A stretch of DNA of 64,000 nt. It comes from Eubacterium sp. (GTDB lineage: Bacteria > Bacillota > Clostridia > Lachnospirales > Lachnospiraceae). This document shows, piece by piece, positions 60,366 to 64,000 of the stretch; the first letter of the stretch is position 1; each line of letters begins with the position of its first letter. The position numbers and the translations under genes are program-made. The notes below the pieces were generated by a model. That model saw only the letters and a program-made list of their open reading frames with translations. It was not told the DNA's origin and did not search any database. The DNA lies in contig JAILOU010000018.1 of NCBI GenBank assembly GCA_024690665.1, positions 3,928 to 67,927 of the forward strand, given 5' to 3'.

Positions 60366-60948
60366 CGGGGGCATCTGGCGCCCGCTATTTGATTGACCTG
60401 CTTTTGAGATTTAGAGTTTTGGGGCATCTGATGTGGATCTTGTGATTGACTCACATTGAGAATTTTAGATTTCGAACCATCTAATACCAGCGATTTGATT
60501 GACTCATATTGTGATTTTCAGATTCGGAGTCACCCTGCACCGGCGATTTGATTGACTCTCATTGTGATTTTCAGATTCTGAGCCATCTAATACCGGCGAT
60601 TTGATTGACTCTCATTGTGATTTTCAGATTTCGAGCCACCCAATACCAGCGATTTGATTGACTCATATTGAGATTTTCAGATTCGGAGTCACCCCGCACC
60701 AGCGATTTGATTGACTCTCATTGTGATTTTCAGATTCGGAGTCACTCCGCACCTGCGATTTGATTGACTCTCATTGTGATTTTCAGATTCGGAGTCACCC
60801 CGCACCGGCGATTTGATTGACTCTCATTGTGATTTTCAAATTTCGAGCCATCCAATGCCAGCAATTTGATTGACTCTCATTGTGATTTTCAGATTCTGAG
60901 CCATCCAATACCAGCGATTTGATTGACTCATATTGAGAATTTTAGATT
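60366..60948. repeat. tandem array, 11 units, exact 53-bp period (about 35-nt conserved core plus 18-nt variable segment)
   Basis: GATTGAC anchor at 60391, 60444, 60497, 60550, 60603, 60656, 60709, 60762, 60815, 60868, 60921; core GCGATTTGATTGACTCTCATTGTGATTTTCAGATT. Confidence 0.95.
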
Positions 60949-60964
60949 TTGGTTCTACCAAATA

Positions 60965-61006
60965 TAAATAAACAGAAACCCGGAAACCAGATGCCTGGTT
61001 TCCGGG
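60965..61006 (-). terminator. rplM-rpsI intrinsic terminator
   Basis: CCCGGAAACCAG-N4-CTGGTTTCCGGG 12-bp stem followed by TTTCTGTTTATTTA on the minus strand. Confidence 0.85.
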
Positions 61007-61059
61007 GATATAATCTTTGATATTTCTCGAAGACAACAATATTCTGCATCCGCAGATGA

Positions 61060-61455
61060 TTATCTCTTTGAGAACTGAGGTGCTCTACGTGCACTCTTGA
61101 GACCGTATTTCTTACGTTCTTTCATACGTGGATCACGAGTTAAGAATCCAGCCTTCTTTAATGTAGGTCTGTAATCTGCATCTGCCTGAAGTAAAGCACG
61201 TGAGATACCGTGGCGGATAGCTCCTGCCTGTCCGGTAAAGCCGCCTCCCTTTACATTGACAATAACATCAAACTTGTTAGCTGTATCTGTAGCAACGAGT
61301 GGCTGACGAACAACTACCTTTAATGTCTCTAATCCTAAATACTCATCAATATCTCTCTTATTGATTGTAATTTTTCCTGTTCCAGGTACTAAATAAACTC
61401 TGGCGATTGATTTTTTTCTTCTACCAGTTCCATAATACTTTGCTGTATTTGCCAT
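61060..61455 (-). CDS. rpsI: 30S ribosomal protein S9
   Basis: [29 protein letters not shown]...PQFSKR. Confidence 0.98.
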   Translation of the reverse strand: MANTAKYYGTGRRKKSIARVYLVPGTGKITINKRDIDEYLGLETLKVVVRQPLVATDTANKFDVIVNVKGGGFTGQAGAIRHGISRALLQADADYRPTLKKAGFLTRDPRMKERKKYGLKSARRAPQFSKR

Positions 61456-61471
61456 TGAAATCTACCTCCTA

Positions 61472-61900
61472 TTAAAATGTTAACTCTTCCGGCTTCTGAG
61501 CTGCATGCTTGTGATCAGGTCCTGCGTATACGAATAACTTAGTATACATCTCTCTTCCTAAAGGTCCCTTTGGAAGCATTCCCTTAACTGCATGTTCGAT
61601 TACTCTCTCAGGATGCTTTGCTAACATTTCCTTTAAAGTAGTCTCTTTCATACCACCAACGTAATCTGAATGATGATAGTAAATCTTCTGGTCTAACTTC
61701 TTACCAGTTACTTTAATCTTCTCAGCGTTTACAACGATTACATAATCGCCTGTATCGATATGTGGTGTATAAATAGGTTTCTTCTTTCCTCTAAGTACAT
61801 TGGCTACTTCTGAAGCAAGACGACCAAGAGTCTTGTCTGTAGCGTCAACAACATACCATTTTCTATCAATTGTTGCCGGGCTGGCCATAAATGTTTTCAT
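61472..61900 (-). CDS. rplM: 50S ribosomal protein L13
   Basis: Start trimmed to MKTFMA after GGAGG; [27 protein letters not shown]. Confidence 0.98.
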   Translation of the reverse strand: MKTFMASPATIDRKWYVVDATDKTLGRLASEVANVLRGKKKPIYTPHIDTGDYVIVVNAEKIKVTGKKLDQKIYYHHSDYVGGMKETTLKEMLAKHPERVIEHAVKGMLPKGPLGREMYTKLFVYAGPDHKHAAQKPEELTF

Positions 61901-62031
61901 TGATTTCCTCCTAGAAAATTGTCGCGAGGTCATTATGGAAATGTCCGAAACCATAACTTTCCTCAAAAGTTTCTTCTATATAAAAATGCGATTTCGGGGC
62001 TAATGAAATGCATTTTCAGTCCTTGTCAGAC
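61901..62031 (-). ncRNA. rplM 5' leader (candidate L13 leader)
   Basis: About 130-nt UTR with hairpin TCAGTC...GACTGA and the ATTAGCCCCG segment typical of Firmicute L13 leaders. Confidence 0.5.
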
Positions 62032-62037
62032 TGATAT

Positions 62038-62066
62038 ATTATACTTCCCTCAGCAAATGTTGTCAA
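62038..62066 (-). promoter_or_regulatory. consensus sigma-A promoter of rplM-rpsI
   Basis: TTGACA-17 bp-TATAAT. Confidence 0.85.
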
Positions 62067-62145
62067 CCACTTTTCCAAAACAAAAACTGAGGAAAAGAAC
62101 GCATTCCTTTCCTCAGTCTGTATTTACCTATTATTATAGAAAGAA

Positions 62146-63516
62146 TTATGTAAATAGTGGCACGATAAACAAGAAGCCAAGGGCTGTCAGTATACCGGAT
62201 ACAATCAGAACAATTGCGCAATAACCCATAATATCACGCGCACCAAGTTTCGCGATTCCAAGAGCCGGAAGAGCCCAAAACGGTTGCAACATATTTGTCC
62301 ACGCATCACCCCAGGCAATACCCATGGCCGTAACGGCAGGTGTAACGCCAAGCTTTGCACCGGCCGGCATCATAATCGGTCCCTGAACGGCCCACTGACC
62401 ACCACCGGATGGCACGAAGAAGTTTACGATTCCGGCTGCCAGGTAACAAAATACCGGGAATGTATGTGCATTTGAAATGCTTACGAAGAAGCTTGAAATA
62501 GCTCCTGCAAGCGATACTCCGGATGCACCTGCGGTAACCATCATACCCTGAATTCCTGCGTAGAACGGGAACTGCAGGATAATACCACCGGAAGATTTCG
62601 CTGCTTCTGTGATTGCACGAACATAACCAATTGGTGTCTTATGAAATGCAATACCGAGAATCAGGAAGATCAGATTAACGATATTTAATGACAACGCATT
62701 TAAAATACTTCCTGATGAAACGAAATAATAAATCAAGAATATCACGCCGAGAATCACTACGATATAAGAAAGAACCATGCTGTTCTCGATTCTTTCTGCC
62801 GGTGTCTTCGGAGCCGGATATACTTCTTCCTCATCTTGTAACAGTTTCGGATCGATAGTAACCGTATCCTTCTTATCCGGATGCATCTTCATAAGAACGA
62901 TTGCCAAAACAACAATTACAATCAGTACCATCAGTAAGTTCCATGGCGAGAAGATTGTCTCAGATGTCGGAACAATCTCTGTAATGGTACCACCCGTATT
63001 CGCTACGGCACCATCTTCTGCAAGTGCAGTAAGACCAAGCGGAATAGATCCTGAAATACCGGAATGCCATACAACGAATCCTGAATAAGCTGCTGCGATA
63101 ATCAAACGGTAGTCAACTGTCGGAAGATTCTTGGCAACTTCCTTTGCCAAAAGAGCTCCGATAATCAAACCAAATCCCCAGTTAATGAAACAGCATACAC
63201 CGGAAATCACAAATACGAAACCGATTGCTGTAACCGGTTTTTTCGGAACATGCGCCAATCTCACAATTATTTTCTTAATTGCAGGAGCGATTGCCAGCGC
63301 ACTACCAAGCACCAGCACTAAAGCCATCTGCATAGAGAATGCAAGAAGATTCCACACTCCATTACCCCAAGCGCTTGCCATTTCAATTGGGTTCATGCCT
63401 GTAACAGGCATGGCGACAATAAATACGACGATTGTCAAAATGATACAAAATACAAATGCATCCGGTAAGTATTTCTGCACCAGTTTTACACAACCATTGG
63501 TAAAAGCTTTAAACAT
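62146..63516 (-). CDS. atoE: short-chain fatty acid transporter (AtoE family)
   Basis: LPDAFVF, LLAFSMQM, INWGFGL, QFPFYAGI, FVPSGGGQW, WTNMLQPFWALP. Confidence 0.9.
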   Translation of the reverse strand: MFKAFTNGCVKLVQKYLPDAFVFCIILTIVVFIVAMPVTGMNPIEMASAWGNGVWNLLAFSMQMALVLVLGSALAIAPAIKKIIVRLAHVPKKPVTAIGFVFVISGVCCFINWGFGLIIGALLAKEVAKNLPTVDYRLIIAAAYSGFVVWHSGISGSIPLGLTALAEDGAVANTGGTITEIVPTSETIFSPWNLLMVLIVIVVLAIVLMKMHPDKKDTVTIDPKLLQDEEEVYPAPKTPAERIENSMVLSYIVVILGVIFLIYYFVSSGSILNALSLNIVNLIFLILGIAFHKTPIGYVRAITEAAKSSGGIILQFPFYAGIQGMMVTAGASGVSLAGAISSFFVSISNAHTFPVFCYLAAGIVNFFVPSGGGQWAVQGPIMMPAGAKLGVTPAVTAMGIAWGDAWTNMLQPFWALPALGIAKLGARDIMGYCAIVLIVSGILTALGFLFIVPLFT

Positions 63517-63724
63517 ATACCTTTCCTCCCTACTTAATTTTATTCTGTATACTAAGTATACTATCACTTAACTTTAAGTGGGTCAATATGTGCATTTTTA
63601 ACAATCCAATTATTAATATTCTGTGAAACCATTGTGTTTATGCGTATTAAAGGCTTTTTTCACCTTCTTATTTTCTGCTTAACTTTTTTAGTAATTCTTG
63701 CTTAATTTTTTATTTTTTATTCAT

Positions 63725-63753
63725 TTGACGCCAATTCGATACTTAGGTATTAT
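63725..63753 (+). promoter_or_regulatory. sigma-A promoter
   Basis: TTGACG-17 bp-TATTAT. Confidence 0.55.
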
Positions 63754-63797
63754 AAAATCAAGTACTATCCATGCATCTGCGAAAGGGGGAGTAGCAT

Positions 63798-64000
63798 ATG
63801 CAATTTGAAGAATATAATCTTGCCTATGGGCAGAAATTAAAACGAATTCGAAAAGAAAACAAGATGACCTTAAAAGAAGTCGCAGCCAAGGTGCCCTGTT
63901 CCGTTCCGTTTTTGTCTATGCTGGAAAATGGCAGAACCGGCATCACGCTCGACAAACTGCAAAAACTCCTAAGTCTGTATCACATTACGGTCACAGACCT
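63798..64000 (+). CDS. XRE-family HTH regulator (partial, runs off the window end)
   Basis: Manual translation GQKLKRIRKENKMTLKEVAAKVPCSVPFLSMLENG; GGGGGAG RBS. Confidence 0.85.
   Translation, partial: MQFEEYNLAYGQKLKRIRKENKMTLKEVAAKVPCSVPFLSMLENGRTGITLDKLQKLLSLYHITVTD

Noticed and set aside
60366-60948. Calling the 53-bp array a CRISPR array
   Set aside because: The variable parts are only 18 nt and are clearly related to each other (two sub-families) rather than unique; no cas genes are in the window.
60370-60995. GGCATCTGG (60370) / CCAGATGCC (60987) as terminal inverted repeats of the array
   Set aside because: Only 9 bp, and one copy is part of the rpsI terminator; compatible with chance.
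60836-61039. 67-aa ORF reading into the array
   Set aside because: It spans the rpsI terminator, has no convincing RBS, and the 53-bp period shifts frame each unit; treated as spurious.
409-63571. Many short overlapping or antisense ORFs in the six-frame track (e.g. 1297-1830, 14721-15029, 23343-24077, 39410-39958)
   Set aside because: They are shadows of well-supported genes or of repeats, with no RBS or recognisable motifs.

Overview
Chromosomal window from a low-GC Gram-positive anaerobe. Gene order and protein sequences point to Clostridia, probably Lachnospiraceae (inference). Bases 1-12.8 kb hold the S10-spc ribosomal superoperon on the minus strand (rpsJ to secY-adk-map-KOW protein-infA). 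The middle is mixed housekeeping and accessory DNA. It includes an AGCS symporter, cell-wall enzymes, GGDEF/ChrA/glycosyltransferase genes, an alpha-galactosidase-galK-galT block, two separate AAA+/vWA/repeat-protein triads, cysK-mnmA-Rrf2, a TetM-like GTPase fused to a NYN RNase, a CoA-transferase, a two-component system with a divergent GT2 operon, a PPDK_N protein and a lipoprotein acetolactate decarboxylase. The window ends with rplM-rpsI, an AtoE-type short-chain fatty acid transporter and a partial XRE regulator. The most striking unexplained element lies just downstream of the rpsI terminator. It is a non-coding array of 11 units with an exact 53-bp period (about 35-nt conserved core plus an 18-nt variable segment, no two identical). 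It sits directly upstream of an orphan 262-aa PD-(D/E)XK/Vsr-like nuclease gene, whose 3' end abuts a truncated DUF4003-like pseudogene. No cas genes, tRNA/rRNA genes, transposase or integrase were seen. All family calls are from motif recognition by eye; no database search was run.
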